This document shows positions 37,095 to 44,962 of a DNA stretch of 64,000 bases, piece by piece; the stretch's first letter is position 1; the number at the start of each line of letters is the position of its first letter. A model generated the notes under the pieces. It saw only the letters and a list, made by a program, of their open reading frames with translations. It had not been told where the DNA came from and did not search any database. The stretch is from Nitrososphaeria archaeon (GTDB taxonomy: Archaea; Thermoproteota; Nitrososphaeria; Nitrososphaerales; JACAEJ01). The translations under genes were made by a program, and so were the position numbers. Where the stretch lies: assembly GCA_029775875.1 (NCBI GenBank), contig JARVKD010000002.1, forward strand, positions 3,007-67,006. The letters run 5' to 3'.

Positions 37095-37862
37095 TTACTT
37101 TGTCTCTTTGCTACTGTTTTGGGGTTTAAGTAGTTTGAGTAATTCCTCATCTTCCTTCCTCTTTTTCTGGCGAGTCCGTTCAATCTCTATATCCAACTTT
37201 TTGAAGATTTCAGCCTCTTTCTGTGATAAAACAGCCCAGGGCTTCTCGATTCGCCATGTGATCTTAAAACATAAGGCTTCTTCAGGAAACGCACCTTGAT
37301 CATAGAGAGTCCAATGCATGAATTGTGTTGGCTCTTCCTGATAGCAACACCTTATAGCCTCTCTTATCACTTCTGGTCTTCTTGCCAATATAACATCTTC
37401 AAGCAAGGCAAGATTTACTAGAGTTATCTGCTTCCTAAAGCGTTTTATAGCCTCTAGAGGTATGTTGTATAGGTATGGTGTAGGCGCTTCAGCCCCTATG
37501 ATCCGGCGTTTTTCATCAACACCATTATCCACTAGAGCCTGTAGAGTCTGTCCAGGTTGATGCCCAGAAGACTCTACTCCACAGACAATTAGGTAACGAA
37601 TGTTCGGATTCGCTACAATATTGCATATAATCTTCTCAATTCCTACGTTCTCAGTCTGAAGGTATCCTGCTAGAGCAGCACCAGATTCTATGCTTGTCTT
37701 CACCAACTCTTGAAGATACGATGGAATCTTATCGTAGAAAGTATGAAGAAGAACACAGACCGCAACTGGAGAAAGATCGTTTCCTCTAAGGTAACTGCCA
37801 TCTTCAGTAGGATATTCGGGAGGAGGCTTCACCTTCAAGATTTTTCTATCTGTTTCAGGCAA
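37095..37862 (-). CDS. MtrA-like corrinoid-binding protein (soluble, no C-terminal TM helix)
   Basis: SPVAVCVL...LQTENVGIEKIICNIVANPNIRYLIVCGVESSGHQPGQTLQALVDNGVD...EAIKRFRKQITLV is collinear with MtrA, including the His ligand region (SGH). The C-terminus is a charged coiled-coil tail. Confidence 0.75.
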   Translation of the reverse strand: MPETDRKILKVKPPPEYPTEDGSYLRGNDLSPVAVCVLLHTFYDKIPSYLQELVKTSIESGAALAGYLQTENVGIEKIICNIVANPNIRYLIVCGVESSGHQPGQTLQALVDNGVDEKRRIIGAEAPTPYLYNIPLEAIKRFRKQITLVNLALLEDVILARRPEVIREAIRCCYQEEPTQFMHWTLYDQGAFPEEALCFKITWRIEKPWAVLSQKEAEIFKKLDIEIERTRQKKRKEDEELLKLLKPQNSSKETK

Positions 37863-37875
37863 AGCCCTTCACACT

Positions 37876-38919
37876 TTATAATGAGCCAGATACCAGTCCA
37901 TAGGCTAGCCCAAATAATATACTAAAGAACCATGCTATAAATGCGTAGTTCAAAACAACTTTCCACTTTACGACCCTTGAGGTTGCAATCATATTCGGGA
38001 TATCATAAGGCTGACCCATGAGCCAAGACAGCAAAGCCGCACTAGACATTCCTAAATTCATTAACCCTCTACCCAATACTATTTCAACCAACGTTGGAGT
38101 GTATAGAGGTCCTCCAATTACTGATGCGAGAAGAACTCCACCTACGCCTGTTAAATACGTGGCAACTATCTCTCCAGGAAGGAAGGCTTCCAGATAGCTT
38201 ACAACTACAAGCCCCAAGAAGAAGAATGGAAGTATCTGCTTGCCCAAGAATCCGCCAAATTTCAGTGCACTTGTCAGTCTTTCGTCGAGAGGAGGTTTAA
38301 CGTTTTCTAGGTTGGTAGTTGTAGTTCCAGGGTTTAGCCGATGCTCAGCCTCAATCCTCTTCCCCCAAGGTGTCTTGGATATGATGACTCCTGCGGCAAC
38401 AGCAGTAACGAGGGAAGCAATTATTCGGATACCTGCAATCTCCCAAGAGAGAATTTCACCAGTAAGCAAGATAGTAAGTATATTGGCGGCTGGAGCCATT
38501 AGAAGAAAAGAGATGGCAGGGCCTATACCTGCGCCAGTATAAAGAATTCCAGCGAACAAAGGAACCATGGTGCATGAGCAGACGGTAAAAAATGGGGCGA
38601 ACCCTGCAGCTAAGGCATATCCTTGAACCTTCCCGCTACCCATATGTTTTGTAATAAAAGACTTTGGCATGAACTCGTAGACCAAGCCTGCAGCGACGAA
38701 GGCGAAGAGAAGGCATATCCATCCATGGCTCATATAGTCCCAGATGTAAGCAAGTGGGATCATCCACAGTGGAAGGCCTTGAAGATGTGCTGGCTGAATG
38801 GTAGGAGCTAGTGAGTAGGCCATGATACGTGAATAAATGAGACCTCCAATAACCAAGGCTATGAAGGTGAGCATCAGGGCGATTCGCAGTCGTCTTATGC
38901 GCTCCTGCATTACACACAT
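37876..38919 (-). CDS. ArsP-like permease (PF03773/DUF318 family)
   Basis: 347 aa, polytopic. FFTVCSCTMVPLF resembles the family CSC motif. Adjacent to a thioredoxin-like 'redox-active disulfide protein 2', as is typical for this family. Confidence 0.65.
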   Translation of the reverse strand: MCVMQERIRRLRIALMLTFIALVIGGLIYSRIMAYSLAPTIQPAHLQGLPLWMIPLAYIWDYMSHGWICLLFAFVAAGLVYEFMPKSFITKHMGSGKVQGYALAAGFAPFFTVCSCTMVPLFAGILYTGAGIGPAISFLLMAPAANILTILLTGEILSWEIAGIRIIASLVTAVAAGVIISKTPWGKRIEAEHRLNPGTTTTNLENVKPPLDERLTSALKFGGFLGKQILPFFFLGLVVVSYLEAFLPGEIVATYLTGVGGVLLASVIGGPLYTPTLVEIVLGRGLMNLGMSSAALLSWLMGQPYDIPNMIATSRVVKWKVVLNYAFIAWFFSILFGLAYGLVSGSL

Positions 38920-38924
38920 CTGCC

Positions 38925-39641
38925 CTACTTTGTTGTAAGCCTCTTCTTCACATATCCGATCCTATCGATGTTGTCCGAAATAGTCTTTAGCATTTCTCCT
39001 GGGATTCCGATGATGACACCTTCATCCATATACTCCGCTCCGAAGGCTTTAGCACTCATTCTTGCGAATTCGCAGGCGAAGGTTATGTTGAGTCTACCTA
39101 GATATGGTCTTACGGTTGATGCTCCACAGAGCTGTCTTGGGGCAGACATCCAGCTCTCCACCTTTCCACCTTGATCGAATATGGAGGCATGCATGACTTC
39201 AAAGGCTCTTCTTGGAATCATCTCCATAATTACTACGTCAGGGTCAAGCGGCGTTTTGTCCAGAGGTGAAAGTAGTGTTGCATAGACGCTTCCCGTTTCG
39301 AGGCTTGGAGACTCCATCACAGATCTTATAGCAGCTCTGAGAGAGCTAAAGGATGCTTTATTCAGGTAGAACTCTCCAGTACGTTCATCTTCAGGAATAT
39401 CGATCATCCCTAATGCTGCTGCTCCTCTTCTACAGCTATGTGTATTTTCTTTAGCGTAAAAAGTTTTACCAAGCATTGCATACTTTATCATACCACAGTA
39501 GAACATAGGTCTGTCAAGCTCAGCCACACCTTGAGGAATATCACTTGCTCTTCTTATCAGCGTTATGGCTACTGGCGGGAACTTTAATTCAAGAATTTCT
39601 GTAAGCTTTCTTTGAATACCGGAATAGTCAGCCTTCATCAT
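38925..39641 (-). CDS. DUF169-family protein
   Basis: 238 aa. FPPVAITLI...FYCGMIKYAMLGKTFYA...SCRRGAAALGM fits my recollection of the DUF169 pattern. Confidence 0.6.
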   Translation of the reverse strand: MMKADYSGIQRKLTEILELKFPPVAITLIRRASDIPQGVAELDRPMFYCGMIKYAMLGKTFYAKENTHSCRRGAAALGMIDIPEDERTGEFYLNKASFSSLRAAIRSVMESPSLETGSVYATLLSPLDKTPLDPDVVIMEMIPRRAFEVMHASIFDQGGKVESWMSAPRQLCGASTVRPYLGRLNITFACEFARMSAKAFGAEYMDEGVIIGIPGEMLKTISDNIDRIGYVKKRLTTK

Positions 39642-39652
39642 CCTTTGATCAC

Positions 39653-39916
39653 CTATTTAGATGCTCTATCTAAAAACCACTTCTTCACTTCCTCATACTT
39701 AGGTATCTTTCCTTGTGATACGATCTCATCGTTGATGATGACTGCTGGAGTGAACATTACACCATGCCTTGCAATTTCCTTAGGGTCTTTAACCTCCTGC
39801 ACTTCAGCAACGAGCTTCAGCTCGGATAAAGCATTCATCACTAGCCTCTTCGTCTCTTGGCACCGAGGACATCCAGGTCCGAGAACCTTCACAGTTCCAA
39901 ACATCTTTACGCTCAT
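39653..39916 (-). CDS. Small thioredoxin-fold protein (redox-active disulfide protein 2-like)
   Basis: 87 aa. VKVLGPGCPRCQETKRLV...FTPAVIINDEIVSQGKIP has a CxxC in a Thioredoxin_3-type fold. Confidence 0.75.
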   Translation of the reverse strand: MSVKMFGTVKVLGPGCPRCQETKRLVMNALSELKLVAEVQEVKDPKEIARHGVMFTPAVIINDEIVSQGKIPKYEEVKKWFLDRASK

Positions 39917-39960
39917 CTTATCACCGCCATAAATCAGATAAATAAATTTAAATATGTTTC

Positions 39961-39980
39961 TATATAAATTTAATTATATA
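39961..39980. promoter_or_regulatory. Symmetric TATA-like element in the divergent ars-island intergenic region
   Basis: TATATAA-ATTTAA-TTATATA (7-nt inverted arms) lies between the divergent operons (39916 <- and -> 39999). It could be a bidirectional TATA pair and/or an ArsR operator. Confidence 0.3.
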
Positions 39981-39998
39981 AAATTGGGTGATCGAAGA

Positions 39999-40328
39999 TT
40001 GGTTGCAAGGGTTTCGGTAGATCAAATTTGCAGTAAGAAGGCTGTTATAACAACTAAGATGAATCCTTCAGGCAATGTCGATATTCTTATAGAAAGTGAT
40101 TGTGAGAATGTAAAAGGTCTTGCTGAAAACTTAAAGGAGATTAGCATCAAAGATTCATACATGCCGTTTGGAGATAATCCAGTCTTTGTATTGGCTGGGA
40201 AGAACAACTTAACTCCAACGTGCCTTGTTCCTACTGCTATCGTTAATGCAATTTGGGTCGAGGCTGGGTTGATAGCAAGAAGTTTCGCTTTAAATGCAAA
40301 AGAATTGAAGATTTTATTCGAAGAATAA
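39999..40328 (+). CDS. Hypothetical protein upstream of acr3
   Basis: ORF co-directional with acr3, 19-nt gap. Start taken at TTG 39999, preceded by GGTGAT. The track start at 39954 lies inside the AT-rich promoter. No motif recognised. Confidence 0.45.
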   Translation: MVARVSVDQICSKKAVITTKMNPSGNVDILIESDCENVKGLAENLKEISIKDSYMPFGDNPVFVLAGKNNLTPTCLVPTAIVNAIWVEAGLIARSFALNAKELKILFEE

Positions 40329-40347
40329 CCGAGGTGCTAGTACGCAT

Positions 40348-41388
40348 ATGTGTATGAGGCCCGTCAAGGTTGGTGGGCTTGGATGGATTGAAAAGTTACT
40401 CGCAGTCTGGATAGCTCTTTGTATCGTCATAGGCTTATTGCTTGGTAAATACTTGCCTGAATTGAGCAATCGTCTTGAAATTGGAATACCAATAGGACTA
40501 TTCTTGATGATCTACCCTGCGATGACCAAGATCGAAATAGAAGAGCTAAAGGAGGCTTTAAAAAGCAAAAAGCAAGTTGGAGTAATCGTCTTCTTCAACT
40601 ATGCAGTAAATCCTTTTCTACTATATGCCCTTGGTTTCTTATTCTTTGAGATAATTCTTCCTTCTCTTGGTCTTATAACTCTTGAGACTGCGAAGTATCT
40701 GTGGACAGGACTAATTTTACTCGGCGTAGCCCCTTGCATCGCCATGGTTCTGGTATGGACTGATCTTGCTAAGGGCAATGGTCCTCTTGGAATAGTTCTT
40801 ATGGCATGGAACTCTATCATTCAAGTTCTAACTACACCTCTCTACATAGCTTTGCTTGTAGGGACTTACATAGCGATAGATATTGTTTCGATTGGTGAAA
40901 GCGTTCTCTTGTACCTAGGTTTGCCATTGCTCTTTGGAGTGATTACCCGAAGAGAGGTGATAAAGAGAAAATCTGAGGATTGGTTAAACAATAAGTTGAT
41001 TCCTTATTATAATGCAATGCAGTTACTTGCTCTTCTCTTCACAATGGTGGTTATGTTCTCCCTTAGAGGCGGTGTAATAATAGATAATCCTAACTTGATT
41101 TGGCAAATGGCTGTACCAATAGTTTTGTTCTTCTTCCTGCTCTTCAACCTAGTGTACTACACAACAAGACGCATGGGGTACAACTATGAAGATGCTGCTA
41201 CTATGGGTTTTCACTGCACTGGCAGAAATTTTGAACTGGCAATTGCTATAGCATTGACGGCTTTTGCATCGATGCCAATGGTGGCAGTCTCAACTGTTGT
41301 AGGCCCACTTATAGAAATCCCTGTAATGTTGACAATAGTTTGGATGGCATTAAAAAGGAAGAATAAATTATCAAGTTCTTCGCATTAA
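40348..41388 (+). CDS. acr3: Arsenite efflux transporter Acr3
   Basis: 346 aa with about 10 TM helices. LLGVAPCIAMVLVW carries the Acr3 P-C-I/T-A-M-V signature. Confidence 0.85.
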   Translation: MCMRPVKVGGLGWIEKLLAVWIALCIVIGLLLGKYLPELSNRLEIGIPIGLFLMIYPAMTKIEIEELKEALKSKKQVGVIVFFNYAVNPFLLYALGFLFFEIILPSLGLITLETAKYLWTGLILLGVAPCIAMVLVWTDLAKGNGPLGIVLMAWNSIIQVLTTPLYIALLVGTYIAIDIVSIGESVLLYLGLPLLFGVITRREVIKRKSEDWLNNKLIPYYNAMQLLALLFTMVVMFSLRGGVIIDNPNLIWQMAVPIVLFFFLLFNLVYYTTRRMGYNYEDAATMGFHCTGRNFELAIAIALTAFASMPMVAVSTVVGPLIEIPVMLTIVWMALKRKNKLSSSSH

Positions 41389-41460
41389 TCTTGCCATCGA
41401 GGAAACACTTATAATCGGAGAGGAAGCAAATAATAAATTGGAAAAAAGGAGGTTAGCAAA

Positions 41461-42441
41461 ATGAGCCTTGTTAAGCTTCGCTTATCCATGGTAGGTACTC
41501 TAGCCTTCTTGATAGGCCTCTCTACTCTATTCTTTGCAGTAATTCTCAGTCTGATAGGATCATTGAACATCATATTGCTAGTATCGTTTGTGGTAATTTT
41601 TAACCTCATACAGTGGCTCATCGCTCCTTACATGATCGATTCCATGTATAAAGTCAAAGAAATATCAAGGAAAGATAATCTAAAACTTTACAATATGGTC
41701 GAGAATCTAAGCAAAAAAGCCAAAATAAAGATGCCAAAGGTGATGATAGCTAAGATTCCTATCCCAAATGCGTTTGCTTATGGCTCTCCTATAGCTGGTA
41801 GAAGACTGGCTGTAACTGAAAAATTGCTGGATACCCTCGAAGATGAGGAAGTAGAAGCTGTGATAGGACATGAGTTAGGGCATCTTAAGCATAGGGATGT
41901 CCAAATAATGATGTTTGCCTCGGTCCTCCCAGCCATATTCTACTTTATCGGATACTCCTTCATGATGTCTGCTTGGTTTGGTGGTTATAGAGGTAGGGAC
42001 AATGGTGGCTTAGCTATTCTCATAGGGCTTGCAAGCATGGTCATATATTGGGTACTATCCCTCTTTGTACTAGGGTTGAGCAGATTGAGAGAATATTATG
42101 CAGATAGGCATAGCGTTGAGATAGTGGAAGATGGTCATAGGAAATTATCCGAGGCTCTAGCTAAAATCGTTGATTATAGCGCAAAAATGAAATTTTACTC
42201 ACACAAGCAGACAAGCGGATTCAATAGCTTTCGCTCCTTGTTCATAGCAGACCCAGAAAGGGCTGACAGAGATTATCAGGAAATGGCAAGGCTTTCTGGA
42301 TACTCGACAGATAGACAATTGGTTGAAAGAATACTCTCAAGAAAAGTTACAACAGCAGATAAGATATTGGAGTTATTTTCGACTCATCCTAACATTGTCA
42401 AGCGCCTTAAAGCTCTGCAAAGATTAAGTCAAAGTTTTTAA
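41461..42441 (+). CDS. htpX: Zinc metalloprotease HtpX (M48)
   Basis: N-terminal TM helices, HELGHLKHRD (HExxH), and a downstream EYYADRHS. Confidence 0.85.
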   Translation: MSLVKLRLSMVGTLAFLIGLSTLFFAVILSLIGSLNIILLVSFVVIFNLIQWLIAPYMIDSMYKVKEISRKDNLKLYNMVENLSKKAKIKMPKVMIAKIPIPNAFAYGSPIAGRRLAVTEKLLDTLEDEEVEAVIGHELGHLKHRDVQIMMFASVLPAIFYFIGYSFMMSAWFGGYRGRDNGGLAILIGLASMVIYWVLSLFVLGLSRLREYYADRHSVEIVEDGHRKLSEALAKIVDYSAKMKFYSHKQTSGFNSFRSLFIADPERADRDYQEMARLSGYSTDRQLVERILSRKVTTADKILELFSTHPNIVKRLKALQRLSQSF

Positions 42442-42472
42442 AGTATAAAAAGAATTTTTAAGAGGAAATCTT

Positions 42473-42988
42473 ATGATGCCATCCTCAGACGTCAAAAGAG
42501 AAATATTCAGCCTTTACAACAAAAAGCCGAGAGGTTGGCATGTCTTCATCAAAAAGGACCAAAAGGGATACTATGATACCATAATCACGCATGAAAAGGA
42601 TATTTGGTTCATAAAAGAGGAACAGATCAATCCCTACGATTTGATCGGCTTCGGTTTTAAAGGGGAGATAGAAGATAAAGAGGCGTTAAAGAGCATAAGA
42701 CCATACCAATTCGGCTTCAGACCTCTTTCTAAGAAGATAATGGATGAGGTTATGGAATCCTTTAGCAATGACAAAAATGTGGATAGAATAATGAGTAAAA
42801 TCATGAGAGAAAAGCCACTGCCAATTGATAGAATAAGGAGTGAGTTTATGGTCCAAGGGCCTGTAATCTACCCTGCGAAGCCTATGGAACTTATATCAAA
42901 CCAGAATGAGATAGACATGAAGCTTAGGACGGAATTGAACAAGCTTATTTACAAAAAGTATCCTCACTTGCTCACTACTTACCTTTAA
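42473..42988 (+). CDS. Hypothetical protein
   Basis: 171-aa ORF with no motif recognised. Its 3' end overlaps the convergent GNAT gene by 14 nt. Confidence 0.45.
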   Translation: MMPSSDVKREIFSLYNKKPRGWHVFIKKDQKGYYDTIITHEKDIWFIKEEQINPYDLIGFGFKGEIEDKEALKSIRPYQFGFRPLSKKIMDEVMESFSNDKNVDRIMSKIMREKPLPIDRIRSEFMVQGPVIYPAKPMELISNQNEIDMKLRTELNKLIYKKYPHLLTTYL

Positions 42989-43418
42989 TTTTTATAGTTT
43001 TGGACATGATCAACGCATCTTCACCATCTAGATAATAATTAGGAATAAAACCTGCTTCTTCAAATCCTAATTTTCTGTAGAAGCCTATAGCTTCTTCATT
43101 GCTTACTCTCACTTGAAGCTCTACGTAATCAACCTTTTTTGAGAGAAAATTCAAACTTTCTTCCATCAGCCTGCTACCAATGCCCTTTCTTCTAAACTCG
43201 GGAAGAACAGCTATGGATACTATGTTGCCTTTACCATTTCTTACAGACGAAATTACATAACCTATAATTTGTCCATTTTCCTCAGCAACGTAAAAGCCAT
43301 CAGTCTCTCTCATTAGAAAGTAAAGAAAAGTGAAGTAATCGTACGGATGCTTAAAGCAAATTCTCTCGATCTGCAATACCCTATCTAAGTCTTTTTCCTC
43401 GCATCTTCTTAAAATCAA
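42975..43418 (-). CDS. rimI: GNAT N-acetyltransferase (RimI/Ard1-like)
   Basis: 147 aa. IAVLPEFRRKGIGSRLMEESL is the acetyl-CoA binding motif Q/RxxGxG/A. Confidence 0.8.
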   Translation of the reverse strand: MILRRCEEKDLDRVLQIERICFKHPYDYFTFLYFLMRETDGFYVAEENGQIIGYVISSVRNGKGNIVSIAVLPEFRRKGIGSRLMEESLNFLSKKVDYVELQVRVSNEEAIGFYRKLGFEEAGFIPNYYLDGEDALIMSKTIKIKGK

Positions 43419-43511
43419 ACGAACATCAATGAAATTACGAATATTCTATAATATTTCTTTTTAATTCTATAGGAAAAATTTTAATAAGCAAATAAGCGGC
43501 TTTAAAACTGT

Positions 43512-43606
43512 GCCGAGGTAGCTCAGCCTGGGAGAGCATCCGACTCGTTTATTTGAGGGTGAAGCTGAAGACCGGACTGTCGCAGGTTCAAGTCCTGCCC
43601 TCGGCA
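43512..43606 (+). tRNA. tRNA-Phe(GAA) with a 21-nt intron at non-canonical position 30/31
   Basis: GCCGAGG/CCTCGGC acceptor, A73, GCTC-AGCCTGGGA-GAGC D arm, GCAGG-TTCAAGT-CCTGC T arm. Removing 43543-43563 yields TCCGG-CTGAAGA-CCGGA, a perfect anticodon arm. Confidence 0.75.
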
Positions 43607-43780
43607 TAAAGTTCTCTTCTATGTAGTTTTCCATTTGGCAATTTTCGCCAGAGCATACTGGGCATGATGATTCTTGATGAAGGCGCTCTAACTTTTGCCA
43701 ATATTACCTGCTTTGCATCTATTAATAAAGGGCAAGTTGTAGAGTTACGAATCTAGAGTGATCTCTAGGGTAATTCTACG

Positions 43781-43787
43781 AAAAAAA
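43781..43787 (-). terminator. Oligo-T tract downstream of the membrane-protein gene
   Basis: T7 run on the minus strand about 24 nt after the stop at 43811. Archaeal terminators are oligo-T tracts. Confidence 0.4.
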
Positions 43788-43810
43788 GAAGATGGATGAT
43801 TATTAGCGTG

Positions 43811-44182
43811 TTACCACAAAGACGGTAGCGGTGGAAAGCCGAGCGCCACTAATATGAAGGATAGTATTACTGATATTATCCAGTAGATTATCCCTGCTAT
43901 GATAGCTATAACTAATGCCTTAATCCAACCGCAGTCGAAGAAATGTTTGATTAGTGCCAGCCAAACTACTATCATGATAATTGTTCCGAGAATTGATCCA
44001 AGCAGGCCAGCAAGCAGAAAGCTGATGACTGCGCCAATTATTACTCCCAGAACTCCTATCCAGATGGCGTCAGTGAATTTTGCCTTTTCTTTGCCAACGA
44101 ACCATTTTCCAACAATCCACAGCACTGGTGCAAGTATTACAGCAGCTACGACTATCTGTATTAGAAGTGTTGTAAAATCCAT
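43811..44182 (-). CDS. Small integral membrane protein
   Basis: About 4 TM helices. Start taken at ATG 44182 (MDFTTLLIQIVV...) rather than the longer track ORF. Confidence 0.5.
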   Translation of the reverse strand: MDFTTLLIQIVVAAVILAPVLWIVGKWFVGKEKAKFTDAIWIGVLGVIIGAVISFLLAGLLGSILGTIIMIVVWLALIKHFFDCGWIKALVIAIIAGIIYWIISVILSFILVALGFPPLPSLW

Positions 44183-44557
44183 TTGAATTTCTCTACAAGC
44201 TAAGAACAATCGATTTATAAGCTTTCCGGTCATTAATTTTTTTGAAGATAATGACTGGGTTTTGTATCTCCGGCTTAGGTTAACATAGGCTTCTGTGCCA
44301 CCTTCATTTTACCTTATACAGCAGATCCTTATGTATCACTTAATGTCATCAGCGCAAATACAATTTCACCGAAAGCAAACATTTTTCTTCACCTGAACCC
44401 GCATATGCAGGCTGAGACCCTGCTCTCAGCACCATTTACAAAGTCCAATGAAAAATTGAACACAATCGATTCTTTCTAGTGGAAATTCGAAACAATTCCC
44501 AAAAAGCTAATATATTGCTAACATGAAGGGTCTTGCATCAAAGTCGAGGTGCAAATA

Positions 44558-44701
44558 ATGAGCAAAAAAGTAGAAGATTCACCACAGCAAAGTAGTTTCG
44601 AGTATGATTGTGATTGTGGCAAGCATTTCGTCAGAATTGGCGAAGCTGTAGCTCACATCAACAAGTTCAAGGATCATCACTTGAGAAGAATGGCTGTTTG
44701 A
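44558..44701 (+). CDS. Small C2H2-type zinc-finger protein (47 aa)
   Basis: Below the track cutoff: MSKKVEDSPQQSSFEYDCDCGKHFVRIGEAVAHINKFKDHHLRRMAV. It has CxC...HxxxxxxxHH spacing, and GAGGTG lies 6 nt upstream of the ATG. Confidence 0.55.
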   Translation: MSKKVEDSPQQSSFEYDCDCGKHFVRIGEAVAHINKFKDHHLRRMAV

Positions 44702-44780
44702 ACCCTTAAAGAATTCTAAGAGAATTTTTAACCCACTATGATTTTTATTTGCTAGCATTCAGACTTAGAGGTCATCATAA

Positions 44781-44880
44781 GGCCGCCGCCGGGATTTTCG
44801 TATTTACAAATCGAACCCGGGCTAGAGGCTCTTTGCTTTGATCCACAGGCCCCTGTGTCTACCACTACACCACGGCGGCC
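44781..44880 (-). tRNA. tRNA-His(GUG) with encoded G-1 and two introns (37/38 and T-loop)
   Basis: Minus strand: G-1, GCCGCCG/CGGCGGC acceptor, C73, GTGT-AGTGGTAG-ACAC, GGGGC-CTGTGG[12 nt, 44831-44842]A-GCCTC, CCGGG-TTCGA[15 nt, 44796-44810]AT-CCCGG. The spliced length is 73 nt. Confidence 0.75.
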
Positions 44881-44962
44881 ACGAATATACTAACAAAAAA
44901 GGCTTCGTAAAAAGTTTCTGAAAAAATTAATAGAAGTTTTGTCTATATATCTTGGTCTTAAT

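Noticed and set aside
38094-38917. ORFs in alternative frames and strands within the ArsP-like permease gene
   Set aside because: The 347-aa minus-strand frame gives a coherent polytopic permease. The alternatives are Arg/Ser/Pro-rich translations without features.
43512-43606. Alternative reading of this tRNA as tRNA-Thr(CGU) with a canonical-position intron
   Set aside because: It would put U at position 37, and there is no TCGGA 3' stem partner. The Phe(GAA) reading with a 30/31 intron gives a perfect 5-bp stem and the CUGAAGA loop.
43660-43700. ATGATGA and TGATGA boxes suggesting a C/D sRNA
   Set aside because: The two boxes are only 4 nt apart and no CUGA D boxes follow, which is incompatible with C/D sRNA architecture.
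44401-44430. Hairpins gcatatgc and GCTGAGA-ccctgc-TCTCAGC in the 324-bp divergent spacer
   Set aside because: They are short, with no adjacent oligo-T and no recognisable RNA family. They could be chance or a minor regulatory stem, and the evidence is not enough to call a feature.
44702-44780. Possible C/D box sRNA immediately 3' of tRNA-His (minus strand: AUGAUGA, 9-nt spacer, CUGA)
   Set aside because: Only a C box and a D'-like box are present. There is no convincing C' box or terminal D box (CUGA) and no terminal stem, and the guide length is shorter than the usual 12 nt.
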